Shown here: one piece after another, positions 22,530 to 34,394 of the stretch
Numbering within the stretch: position 1 is the first letter of the stretch
Layout of the letters: each line of letters opens with the position of its first letter
Assembly (NCBI RefSeq): GCF_035594765.1
Contig: NC_085843.1
Span: 227,703,971 to 227,767,970 of the forward strand
Length of the DNA stretch: 64,000 nt
Source of the DNA: Anolis carolinensis
Taxonomy: Eukaryota
Direction of reading: 5' to 3'
Made by a program: the position numbers and the translations under genes
Notes under the pieces: generated by a model
The model's input: the letters and a program-made list of their open reading frames with translations, nothing else
Told to the model about the DNA's origin: nothing
Databases searched by the model: none

Positions 22530-23002
22530 CTTGCAGCTTTAAAGCCTGGCTGCTTCCTCCCTGAGTGAATGTTTTGTTGGGAGGGGTTAGCTGGTCCTGA
22601 TTGTTTCCTGTCTGGAATTCCCTTGTTTTCAGAGTGGTGTTCTTTGCAATATTTTATGTGCTTCTACTGTCTGTGTAGATGAAGAAGTACCCATATGCAG
22701 TGCTTGAGCGCACACAGTCCCCCCTCCCCCCCAAAAAAAAATAATAATCAGTGGCCCTGAGAAAACAGAGGATTTGCCAGACTTTGGTGATGGGAATACT
22801 TTGTTGGGAGGTGTTAGCTGGCCCTGATTGTTTCCTGTCTGGAATTCCCATTTTCTGGGTGTTGTTCTTTATTTACTGTCCTGATTTTAGAGATTGTATT
22901 GTTCTGTTTTATTATACCAGAGTAATTTTTATATATTCTGATTTTAGTTTTTTTGAATACTTGGAGCCAGATTGTATTCATTTTCACGGTTCACAGCAAT
23001 AC

Positions 23003-23049
<47 letters not shown>

Positions 23050-23255
23050 CAACAACAACAACAACTCTGGTAATACACACTGCTTCACTCCCGTCTCAGC
23101 TTCCTTTGTGGAAGAATCCTTTCTTGGGAGATGTTAGCTGGCCCTGATTGTTTCCTTTGTGGAATTCCCAATTTCCCTGCTTTCAGAGAGTGGCTCTTTA
23201 TTTACTGTCTTGGTTTTAGAGATTATATTGTTCTGTATCATTATACCACAGTAAT
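22530..23255. repeat. three diverged direct copies of a Penelope-derived segment inside the Helitron
   Basis: GTTAGCTGG(C/T)CCTGATTGTTTCCT...GGAATTCCC at about 22586, 22813 and 23133; related sequence occurs in the Penelope fragment at 43178-43632. Confidence 0.7.
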
Positions 23256-23267
23256 TATTTCATATTA

Positions 23268-23609
23268 CAGTAGAATCACACGTATCCAACATTCGCTTAT
23301 CCAATTTTCTGGATTATCCAATGCAGTCTGCCTTTTAGTAGTCAATGTTTTTGTAGTCAGTGTTTTAAATCCATTGTGATATTTTGGTGGTAAATTTGTA
23401 AATACAGTAATTACTACATAGCATTACTGCACATGGAACTACTTTTTCTGTCAAATTTGTTGTATAACATGTTTTGGTGCTTAATTTGTATAATGATTAC
23501 CTAATTTGATGTTTAATCGGCTTTTCTTGAATCCCTTGTTATTATCCAACATATTCACTTATCCAACGTTCTACTGGCCTGTTTATGTTGGATAAGTGAG
23601 ACTCTACTG
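23268..23609. mobile_element. Tc1/mariner (Tigger-like) MITE inside the Helitron
   Basis: TA|CAGTAGAATCACACGTATCC...GGATAAGTGAGACTCTACTG|TA; inverted homologue of 30955-31277. Confidence 0.85.
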
Positions 23610-23611
23610 TA

Positions 23612-23856
23612 TATTTATAATCTTATATTATCTGCTTAGAACTGGATTATATGAGGCCCCTTCTACACAGCTAGATAAAATGCACACTGAAGTGGATTAT
23701 ATGGTAGTGTGGAGTCAAGATAATCCAGTTCAAAGCAGATAATATAAGATTCTAAATGGGTTATATAGCTGTGTGGAAGGGCCTTGAGTCTACACTGCCA
23801 TATAATCCAGTTCAAAACTGATAATCTGTATTTTACAGGCAGTGTGGAAGAGGCCT
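23612..23856. mobile_element. Harbinger-like MITE pieces inside the Helitron
   Basis: AGGCCCCTTCTACACAGCT...AGCTGTGTGGAAGGGCCT inverted termini and repeated ATAATCCAGTTCAAA / ACTGGATTATATG motifs. Confidence 0.6.
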
Positions 23857-24104
23857 AAGTGAGGCCTAACTCTGCCTGTCCCCTGGGCTGAGTGGGTTGC
23901 TAAGAGACCAAGTGGGCGGAGCTTAGCCTTCTAACTGGCAGCAATTGGCTAAAAACAATTATTCATCTCCCTCTAATTAGGACTTTATTTTTCTTTTCTT
24001 TTTGTTGTCGGAATCTAGGGGCAAGGATGGTGGATTGTGCTGCCAAATTTCTAGGTTCTGGGGTTTGTACTTTTGTTGTTTAGTGGCAGGAGGGGACACC
24101 ATTA

Positions 24105-24145
<41 letters not shown>

Positions 24146-24597
24146 CAATTAGAAACCATTTGTAGGGTTTATATTGCAATTTCTTGTGATTTTATATATT
24201 TGTAATTTGTAGTTTTAAATATCTATCATTTGTTATTTAAGGATTTTTTCCCCCTGAAGACTGGTGACAGCCCTAGTGTTCTATGAAGTATGCTTAAATT
24301 TTTCTACTCATGACAGCTCCTGGCTCAAAATTTTTATGCGATCCGGTGTATATAAAATAGGTATAAAAACCAAACATTTACCGATAACAAATCAGCATTT
24401 CCAAGGCTTGTTAAATAAACTGATTTTCCTTTTATGAAATACATCTGCAGAGTTCACTGTAAAAACTGCACTACAGATTTGTGTGAATGTCTAAAATAGC
24501 CACTAGTGACATTCAGAAAACTTAATGTTGCCAATTTTTTCCGGAACTCAGCATTGAGCTAAGGAAACCCCATTTGGGATCAGGACCCAGAGTTTAA

Positions 24598-25313
24598 GGG
24601 CAGTTCCAGACAGTGGTAAAGTCCGCTTTGACCCAGGTTTAAAAACTTGGGTCAGAGTGGACTTTAGTCCTAACACTGCCAAATAAGCCTGCGCTTTCCA
24701 CAGGTGTTGTCTATATGCTTTCCTAGTACTTACTGGGAGTACAAGGAAAGAGCCGTCACCCCTCCTCAAACCCCCAAAACCCCTTTTAAAAATAAAAATA
24801 AAAACTTACCAAGCCTCCAGTAGAGTGGTGCCAGAGCTCCTGGCATGTAGGAATGACGTACCAGGAGAAGGGGGACCAGGAGCGATTTTTCTCCTCCCCT
24901 CCTTTCTCCTGGTGCATCATTCCTACATGCCAGGAGAGCTCCAGTACCACGCTAATGTAGGCCGGGTAAGTCCATTTATTTTTAAAAGGGGTTTTGGGGG
25001 GTTTTGGGAAGGGAGTTAGAGCCCTCTCATGTTTTCCGGGTCTGATTCAGCCCGGAAAAGGAAAGACGGCTTTGTGGATGGCCCCTTCAGAAGTCCCAGG
25101 ACTTCTGATTGGCCAGTCCAGACAGTGACCATAGTGGGTTTGCCCCACACCTCCCGAGAAGGCATGAATCAAACCCATTAACAAATTAATTTGTTACAAA
25201 TCAGGGTTTTCCTCCTTTGTGCCAAAAGCATTCACGATTTCATGGGGAATCATCTGGACACCCCCTGCGAATATCAAGGAGGCCATGCATTTTGCGCCCT
25301 GTCAGGATGCAGC
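24598..25313. mobile_element. probable Harbinger-like non-autonomous element with a central ~240-bp palindrome (24768-25005)
   Basis: The internal inverted repeat is clear (CCCCCAAAACCCCTTTTAAAAATAAA...CTCCTGGCATGTAGGAATGA vs TCATTCCTACATGCCAGGAG...TTTATTTTTAAAAGGGGTTTTGGGGG); the termini match only weakly. Confidence 0.45.
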
Positions 25314-27888
25314 AAGGTAGAGTAGAATATCCATCAAACAACTTCTATCCAGTGGAACAGCAGTAGGCCGCTAAATTTCAGAGTCTGGCATTGAGTTGCC
25401 AATTCATAGCAAGGCTGAGGAATTACAAAGTGAGATACATTGGATAAAAATATACATACATGTATTTTCCTGTGATTAATTATTGTTGCTTTAATATTTC
25501 ATGCCTAATGACATCACTGAGGCCCACCTCAGTGGCAATATGGGAAATCATTTGATCTCAGGTTTTGGCCCTAAAATCTCTGGATCTTGGAAAGTCAATC
25601 ATAGAAAGAAGGGATAAAATGATACCTAGTGTACTGATATCTGATGCAACTGTATAACAAAAGTTGTGCCCTTAAAAATTACATTGGCAAAGCTTATCAA
25701 AGCCTGTAATGGAATTTATTGTTTAAAAGACATCATTAGCCAGTCTTTCCATGCAGTTGTTTAGTTGCCTGCTGTACTGTGATTATACTTTGCCAACCAA
25801 TGCCTCCATTCTCCCTGAAAGATAAAAGAGCTGATGCAATGATGAATAGCACTAACAAGAAGGTACAATGAAACAGGCTTGAGAACATCAGTCACAGTGA
25901 CTCCAAATCACATAAAACTTAGAGGTAAGCAATTTCACCTACAGCAACAACAAAAAGTCTTGAAGGATCAGGATGGGGTGGGGGGAGGAGATAGATAGCT
26001 TTATAGTCAACACAGCATAACTACTTACTTTCTGTTTTGGTTTTGGTTTTTGGGTTTTTTTTGCATTTCTTTTAAAAAGAAAATAAAACCTAACAAGCAA
26101 ACATTAACTTTCATATGCTATGGGGTTCAGTGGGGAACATTTAATTGGATGAAGCTTCTAGAGAAGTAGAGAACAATTTATTAACAGAAATTGTTTTCCC
26201 ACAGACATGCTGTGTGTAGGAGATATTATATTAGATCAAAGGCAGGAGGTAAAACAAAGTTGAGCTGAGTTGCTTTTCAGCAAGTCTGTTCACTGACATG
26301 AAACCAAAAAAATTCAAATACTGCTTTTTGTTTAAAGGTCCCTTTTATCCTCATTTACTGTAAACATTTGGAGGGATCTGAACACGTTGTGAAATGCCAT
26401 TTACTGTTCAGAATGAAAACTTCCTTTCCAGCTAGGCATGTTGATGTTGCCAACATCTGGGTTAACAAAAGACCTTGTTAATTAAAGCAATTGTAGTGAA
26501 AACGCCTTTTCCTCAGTGTAGAGAAAATCAAAAGCAGAGATATTTATACTTTACAAAAATTCCAGTTTGGGAAATACCAACTCTTCTTCTAAGTAGATCT
26601 TATTTTGCCCTTGGTAGCAACTGTCCTATCATTTGAAAGAAAGAGAATGCCTTATCTTAGTTATTTGCTTTGTTAGTGTAGTAGTTTTACTTCCAGTGAC
26701 GTAGAGAGGTTTTTGTGGAATTTCAGGATTGTTTACCAAAATAACTGGCTTGTTATACTATGAAACGGAGACAAGACACTGAGTTGTAGATCAAACAACA
26801 TGGCTACCATTTCATTATGCAAAACATAAATTACCAAGGAACTAACTAATACGAATAAACTTTTTTCTCACAAAATTCATATTTGAAATTGTGGTTTAAT
26901 TACATTTTTATAATTTATTTAGCACATGAATACAATATATAAGTAAAACATCTATATAGCTGCAGCTCTGTCCCTGGAACTTGGCTAACAGGAATTTAGC
27001 TAACAGCGAAGGCTCACAGGATGTTTTGTGTGGGTGTTGTGGATGATATAGCATAAGGTGACCATGTATCTGTTGGGTTAAACATCCACAGCCCCTACAA
27101 GTGTTTTGGGAGAGTTTGCTGGGTCAAGGTGTTATGTCTGTTGGGGTAAAGCAGATTGTGTGAGCTGAGTAGAGGTTTGCTTGTGTGTTTGTTAGTGCTC
27201 TATTGTAGCCCCTGACTGTAAAAGATTTTTAAAACATACTTTGGTTGTATATTATTTTATATCAAGGAATTCGACTAGATTGCCCTTGTGATTTTTTCCA
27301 ATTGTATGATTCTATGAAATACTTACCAGCTGACATCCTGTTCAGCAGATATGAGGTCAAAAATTCAACATTTATACTCTTGTAACTGTTGGCAATTCAT
27401 GTTTACAGTGATTAACAACTGAGCATGACCCTGAAAACCTACCATTTCAGCCTAGCAGAACCTCAATTGAAAGGTTTCTGAGACATTCTAGATTAGGGTG
27501 GGAAATTACTGTACATATGCATTGTTCCTCTTGCTGTGGAGCATCTTGAGACATGTAGTTGCAGAAAGATCTCAAGCAATTTCTCCAACTGCTTATTCTT
27601 AACATGTTCCACAAAAAATATATATACTGATATCCTTTCCTCTGATACACACTGCCAAGATGAAATAGCAGGTTTTTTGGGAGGTGGCACCATCAGATGT
27701 AGCTAGCTATGATGATAAAGTTCCATTATCATAGTTACATCTCATGATACAGGATCTTGGCCATAGTTCCTATACGTATATGTTATTTGGACATCTGAGA
27801 GATGTGGACAGGATCAAGTCTGATACCCACACTAAGTCTAACACTATTAATAACAGCAGGCAGTCAGTGATTTTAAAAAAAGGACAAA

Positions 27889-28066
27889 GTTGGAATATTG
27901 GCCCATTGACATAATAATAATAGTGACCTTGGAAAATTGTCAGATTGGCAGAATAATATTAATGACAACGTTGGAACATTGGTATATTGGCAGAATAATA
28001 TTAATGACGAGGTGAAAACATTGTAACATTGGCACATTGGCAGAAGAATATTAATTATGACATTGG
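27889..28066. repeat. degenerate minisatellite, unit about 40 bp, about 4 copies
   Basis: Repeating TTGGAACATTGG...ATTGGCAGAATAATATTAATGAC. Confidence 0.75.
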
Positions 28067-28194
28067 ATGTATATCCAATATAACCAAAGACTGTTCTTGA
28101 TGAAAACTCATATACAGTGACAGTACATCCATAGGTGACTAGACATCAAAAGCATCTAACCTCTTTCCTCTCGCCCTTCCCTTCCTTCTCCTCT

Positions 28195-28380
28195 TAGAAT
28201 AATAGAGTCATAGATTTAGAAGGGATCAGAAGGGCCATCCAGTTCCACCCCTTACCATGCAAGAAAACATGATCAAAACACTCCTGATAGATGGCCTTCC
28301 AATCTCTATTTAAAAACCTCCAAAAAAGAAGAATCCATCATACTCTGAGGCAGCATATTCTACTGTCAAATAGTTCTTCC
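28195..28380 (-). mobile_element. CR1/L3 3' end fragment
   Basis: Reverse CR1 tail (CATAGA repeats, AAGGGCCATCCAGTTCCACCCC). Confidence 0.7.
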
Positions 28381-28646
28381 TGGAAGACCAACCATGAGAT
28401 AATGAGACCAGACACAAAGAACTGAGTTTACCAATGGCCATTTCATTGGCCTATACCTATTGACCTATTTAGATGATGATAGGTGTCAATCTATGACCAC
28501 CTCCTGATTCCACTCTTGAACTAAGCACCTGATCCCTGATGCATTTTGACACCTGATATATTTTCATATGTGTATCTGTGGTGTTTTTGCAATCTTTATG
28601 TGTTTTAATTATTCTCTAATCTTGTGCCATGAGGAGAGATGGGTAA

Positions 28647-28648
28647 GA

Positions 28649-28690
<42 letters not shown>
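28647..28690. repeat. (ATT)n microsatellite
   Basis: Direct observation, about 14 units. Confidence 0.9.
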
Positions 28691-28691
<1 letters not shown>

Positions 28692-29005
28692 TCCCAAGTG
28701 CAATTCAATGCTATGAGTTACTCACATTGGCCAGTAGTTTTACTGGACGGTCAACCCAGGGCACTCACTCTCAAGTTATATGACTTTTTAAGAGTGTGAA
28801 ACCCCCCAGTTATCTCCAAGGGAAGACTGCTTCATGACCCCCTAGGTCACAGGACGTAGAGGCCATTCCAGAATCCAAGCCTTCATCTAACGGGTACCAA
28901 ATTGTACACCAACATTTATAATAATAAATAATAATAAAACTTTATTTCTATCCCATTTTATCTCCCCGAGGGGACTCCCAGGCCCCATCCTGCCAATTCC
29001 AGCCT

Positions 29006-29240
29006 AGGGTTGTTGTATGTCTTTCGGGCTGTGTGGCCATGTTCCAGAAGTATTCTCTCCTGACGTTTCACCCATATCTATGGCAGGCATCCTCAAAGAT
29101 TCCATACCTCACAACCTCTGAGGATGCCTACCATAGATGTGGGCGAAACGTCAGGAGAGAATACTTCTGGAACATGGCCACACAGCCCGAAAGACATACA
29201 ACAACCTTGTGATCCCGGCCATGAAACCCTTCGACAACAC
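29006..29240 (+). mobile_element. Penelope-like element terminal-repeat fold-back insertion
   Basis: Inverted arms 29006-29098 and 29115-29207 plus the tail GTGATCCCGGCCATGAAACCCTTCGACAACAC; flanked by AATTCCAGCCT / AATTTCAGCCT (11-bp TSD, one mismatch). Confidence 0.88.
29115..29155 (+). ncRNA. minimal type I hammerhead ribozyme motif (Penelope-associated)
   Basis: CCU-CUGAGGA-U-GCCUA(loop)UGGGC-GAAAC-GUC-AGG: CUGANGA and GAAA core boxes, stem II GCCUA/UGGGC, stem I CCU/AGG, and a rudimentary palindromic stem III (ACGU). Confidence 0.8.
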
Positions 29241-29357
29241 AATTTCAGCCTGTTTTAAGATAACATCCTGAATAAATCATCACAGTAATGCTAGAACAGA
29301 ATGGAGTAGGAAGAAAAAATGAAAAAAGGGGAGGGGATTCCTACACAGTCCATAAGA

Positions 29358-29492
29358 CAGTGGTACTCAACCTGTGGGTCCCCAGGTATTTTGGTCTACA
29401 ACTCCCAGAAATCCCAGCCAGTTTACCAGCTGTTAGGATTTCTGGGAGTTGAAGGCCAAAACATCTGGGGACCCACAGGTTGAGAACCACTG
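29358..29492. mobile_element. hAT-type MITE, second copy of 291-425
   Basis: Near-identical to 291-425; degenerate 8-bp TSD CCATAAGA / CCCTAAAA. Confidence 0.88.
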
Positions 29493-30954
29493 CCCTAAAA
29501 GATCAGCCAGGCTCATCTGCACTAAATCTATTTCTCCCTCTCTTTCCCAGACCTAAAGTTCACACACAACTTTGAGATTATTTTTTATCTTTTTAGCTTC
29601 ACAAGGATGTTTGCTTCATCCCAGGGGGCACCTGGACTGGTATAAAGTGGTTTGAATACACTTGCACTCTCTGTAGTAATGCAAATACCATGACTGCAGG
29701 TATATGCTTTAGGTCAATCACAATTGCTCCAAGAGACAGAGAAACACTTGAGCCCTATTTTTCCTCTGCGTGCAACTGTTCCCTATGGATGGGAGTGGAT
29801 GAGGCAAGACGTGGGTAGAGGTGTGTCGTTGGATTTTATAATTCTATCTTTTGTATGATACACTGGAAAGTAAATGTGTTCCTATAACCAGGCAGGAAGG
29901 TTTGGTGTGGAAATAGAAGCAAGGAATCTAACACCTCCTTGGGGGAAAATCAATCATTCCAATTTAGTCTTAACATACGGCTTCTTTATTATATATTGAT
30001 TTTTTTTCTTATTTTTTTTCTCCTCTGACAATCAACTATATACTGAAAAGGAAGGGTGGATTGTGGGCCATGCCCTACTTCTAAGCACATCATTTCCCTT
30101 CGTATTTTTCTTTCTTTAAAAATTCATATCACACAGCATTAAGGAAATACATGTCACATACAGATACTTGCTGATTAAATTGATGGTGAATTAAAACATG
30201 GTTGATTAGGAAAGCTATTTCACTACATCATACCCAGAATCCAGTGATTCTCTAATACTAAATATGTAACATTTCATATTTTTGGCATATTGATGTATTA
30301 ATTTAACACTTTAGGACATCAACAACAGAATGTTTCTCTTACACTTTGATTCATTAGCAAACATTTCCAGCTATAAAGCATTACAAGCCAAAAAAAATGT
30401 TTAAAAAGTGAGCCAAGTCTTGTTCTATATCTATTGCACTGCTTGGAAAATTAGGCTGCCTTTTCTACAGGTTTTTCCCTAAAATGTTAATTTGGCAAAT
30501 TGATTGGAGACGTGGAAAAGAACACTTCACATTTGCAGCAGTTACCTAAAAACATTGATGTATAATTTTAGAGGAAGTATATTATTCTGAATTATTATAT
30601 TTTATTCCATACACTTTTAAATCTGGAACTTGATTGAAGCACACTAGACTGGCAATAGAGCTATAGTGTTCCTTTTTGGACTGTAACTTCAGTAACATTT
30701 GATGAACAATTTTCATGCTTAGCAGAACCTTTCTTTAACTGCAGATTTACAGCAGATTTGCTCCCAAACAATCCATTTTTAATGGATTGGCTTTAGCAGT
30801 CTTACATGGATGAGAGTGAAAATTGATTTCTTGAGCACATCACAAGATATTTAAAAATATATTGATGATATTTTTAAAGCATTGTGAAGCATATGGAATG
30901 GGAACTGGCTTAATAGAATTATTATACTAATTGGTTTGAGATCAGTGATATATA

Positions 30955-31277
30955 CAGTAGAGTCTCACTTATCCAAGCTAAACGGGCCAGCAGAAGCTTG
31001 GATAAGCAAATATCTTGGATAATAAGAAGGGATTAAGGAAAAGCCTATTAAACATCAAATTAGGTTATGATTTAACAAATGAAGCACCAAAATATCATGT
31101 TATACAACAAATTTGACAGAAAAGGTAGTTCAATACGCAGTAATGTTATGTTGTAATTACTGTATTTACGAATTTAGCACCAAAATATCATGATATATTG
31201 AAAACATTGACTACAAAAATGGCTTGGATAATCCAGAGGCTTGGATAAGCTAGGCTTGGATAAGTGAGACTCTACTG
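30955..31277. mobile_element. Tc1/mariner (Tigger-like) MITE
   Basis: Perfect TIR CAGTAGAGTCTCACTTATCCAAGC; TA TSD. Confidence 0.9.
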
Positions 31278-31320
31278 TATATAAAACACATTTTTTACAG
31301 AATCCAAACACATTGAGAGA

Positions 31321-31580
31321 GGTTAAAGGTAAAGGTTTCTCCTTGACATTAAGCCTAATCATGTCCGACTCGGGAGTGGTGTTCATCTCCATTTGTAAGC
31401 CAAAGAGCCGGCATTGTCTGTAGACACTTCCAAGGTCATGTGGCTGACATGACTGCATGGAACATCGTTACCTTCCTGCCAAAGCAGTACCTGTTGATCT
31501 ACTAACATTTGCATTGTTTCGAATGGCTAGCTGTGGCTAACAACATGAGCTCACCCCATCCACAGATTTGAACTGTCAAG
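31321..31580 (-). mobile_element. Sauria SINE, 5'-truncated and diverged
   Basis: Similar to 22092-22413, including the AAAGGTAAAGGT tail. Confidence 0.85.
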
Positions 31581-31861
31581 AGCGGTTAATCTGGTCTGTA
31601 TACTGTACACTCAGCTGATACTAATTTCTTTTGTTATGTCATAACTGCCATCAATGCCATAAGTAAAGCTAATTAGAATATTCTCAAATGTTGAGGTTTC
31701 ATAGAAATAGAAGTATCATAGCACTTTCTTACACACATTCATTAATTAGTAGAGTTCAAACAATTATTTTGATTTAAAATATTATGCCAAAGTCTCACAA
31801 ATGTTGAACTTAATGGGGATTCTTCTAAGATTAATCAGTAGGCTTATTAATTCAGTGAGCT

Positions 31862-32560
31862 GTCAACCCCCTGTTCAAACAGCTCCCCTGGCTGCCGATA
31901 AGTTTCTAGGCTCAATTCAATGTGCAGGTTATCACCTATAAAGCCCTAAACAGTTTGAGACCTGCCTATTTTTGTGACTGCATCTTCCCTTACAAACCTG
32001 CATGATCTTTAAGATTTTCTGGGGAGACTCTCCTCCTACTCCTGCCCCCATCACAAGTGTGTCTGGTGGGGACAAAAGAGAGGGCTTTCTCAGTGGTGGC
32101 CCCCTCGCTCTGGAACTCTGTCACCAGGAAGATTAGGCTGGCACCCACCCTGTTTACTTTTTGTAAAGATCTAAAAATGTGTTTGTTCCACTATGGTTGT
32201 TCTATTCCTTGCACTTTACTATTGCCTCCTGCCCATGGATATGGTATTCTACTTCATATTGCCCGTCCACTCCTAATTCTGTTATCTAGCTTTTGCATTT
32301 TATCAGTCAGTCCTGTCCTTGCAACCAAATGGACCAGCCCACCCACCCAAGCCCGGTAAATGTTTAATATATCAGGCTACTGGTTATCTGCTCGATGGTT
32401 GTTTTTTTACTGTGTTATTATGTCATTTGCTTTATATTGTTTTATGATTTTGTTTTACAACATGTGCTATTTAAAACTATGTGGATTGAGTTTGTCCCCA
32501 TGTAAGCTGACACGAGTCCCTTCGGGGAGATGGAGGTGGGATACAAAAAAGTTATTATTA
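31862..32560 (+). mobile_element. L2 LINE 3' fragment
   Basis: PLFKQLPWLP...ITYKALN...ERAFSVVAPSLWNS (with stops), 3' UTR, and tail TGTAAGCTGACACGAGTCCCTTCGGGGAGATGG. Confidence 0.85.
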
Positions 32561-34337
32561 GGCTCCGCTTAAAACAACTGTAATTACTTTTCAGTTGAAA
32601 TACTGTGCTAAACATCCCACATCATCCCAAGCTTGCCTTCACTTATCTCTGTTCCACCTCCTTTCCTCACCCTCCGTCTATCTTTCTCTCTCCCCAAACA
32701 TGCTCAGAAATGGAAAGTAAGATTAGAGACAAGAAGGAGAATTAGGGGAATGGAGGGAGAATGGACAAATGAAAAAAGAAAGTGTGGGGAAAGCAAATAT
32801 AATGAAAAAGGAGAGGCAGGCACCAGATCAGCCCAGACTAAGAACACACACTCCAGGTGGAATCCATAGTTACAGAGGTTTATTACAAATTTGCCAAATA
32901 CAATGCAAATACAAGAAATACAAGGTATAAGCACAAATTCACAGAATGCATTTTATGCAGTTCCGACAGCTATTGAGACTTCCCAAGCCCCCCCTTGATT
33001 GTCTGAAAAGGGAGGCAGGCCAGGTGTTCCCCTGATTTCACAGCCTGCAGGAGGAGATTCCTGTGGCAGGAAGAAAGACATTGGTTTGAAGGTCCGATAA
33101 ATTGCAGAGACGCCCCCTGGAAGGGTGTGAAACTAGAGGAAGTTGTGATGTGGATATGCAGATGAATATTTTATTAACTGAAGTGCTCAGTTCCATGTGA
33201 GACAGAAAGACTCAAGAAACAAAGGTGGTAGTTTCAGATAATCAGAAGCTTGGCTACCCATTCAGAAAGTTAATGAATTCATGTTTACTGAGCCGCCTCT
33301 TCCTCGGGAAGGGCATACTCTCAGCTTCAATTGAATAGAAAAACATCCTGAATACATTCTATTAAAAAAGAAAATCATCTGTCTTGTTTATATACACAAA
33401 AGTCTTGATATTATCTGCTTTGGAAAATAGCTTGAAGGTTCCTGGCCATGATCCCCGTTCTGAAGGGATTATGCAAATGGAGGGTACAAAAGGTAGCTGC
33501 CTTCAAGGTACGTTTTAATACATATATGTGATAGTTTATACATTTTACATCCTTAAGAACTGACACAGTACATAAAATATACAAGCCACACATAAATCAT
33601 CAAGTTTATACATTTTAATTTTTAATATAATTTTATTTAAGATTTTCATTAGAATCTAAAGAAAAAATATGAGGAAAAATGGAAAAGGTTAGGAGGAAAA
33701 GGAAGAGAGAAAGAGAAATAAAGAGAAAAAAGAACAAAAAAATTAAAAAAGGGAAAAAGGAAAACTTATTATTTTATATATAAAAATTATACATGTTATT
33801 GAAGGGTTAGATTTGATAGAGTTTGTCAGGTACAGCTGCTGCTAGGTCCATCCTGGAACCTCTAGCAGCTTTGACATTTCACAACTTTGGAGTCATGGAA
33901 AAATGTTTAGAAACATTATCTCTTACTTGAAGTCTCTTTATGGTCTATAAATTTTTGGGGAGTGGGGTGCCATGACTTGACAACAGGTCTAGTCAAGGAA
34001 TGCACAGGAAACAGTCTCTTCCATCCTGAAACTAGAAAATTTAGCTAAGCATGTTTTAATCCACTGATAAGGAAACCCATTTCATTTAGTGCTCTACACC
34101 ACTTTAATTAATACAGTATTTTGAACATATTACACTGCAGACAATCCAGTCTAATATTGCATTTGTTAGATATGGTCAATTCCTTTACTTTTTAAATTTA
34201 GCCTTTGCATTTTTGGTGGTTTGGTTTCACAATGCTTAATGTCTTTGCATGCTGAATTATAATGAGACATCTTCAAACATAATTCTGACACATTTGTACA
34301 AAACAGAGTTGTAGATGAACCAATGGAAATTATCACT

Positions 34338-34358
34338 TGCAAACTGAGCATTGTCCAG

Positions 34359-34394
<36 letters not shown>
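34338..34394. repeat. (ATT)n microsatellite
   Basis: Direct observation of an ATT run near 34359-34394. Confidence 0.8.

Larger units (their letters stand above)
22013..24141 (-). mobile_element. non-autonomous Helitron carrying nested/captured TE fragments (about 2.1 kb)
   Basis: Minus-strand 3' end GCCACAGCAACGCGTGGC (hairpin) CGGGCATAG-CTAG then target T; no TSD; 5' end in a (TA)n tract; both ends shared with the short copy at 54989-55164. Confidence 0.8.

Noticed and set aside
27889-28066. Repeat-spacer appearance suggestive of a CRISPR array
   Set aside because: Eukaryotic context, degenerate tandem units without unique spacers, no cas genes.
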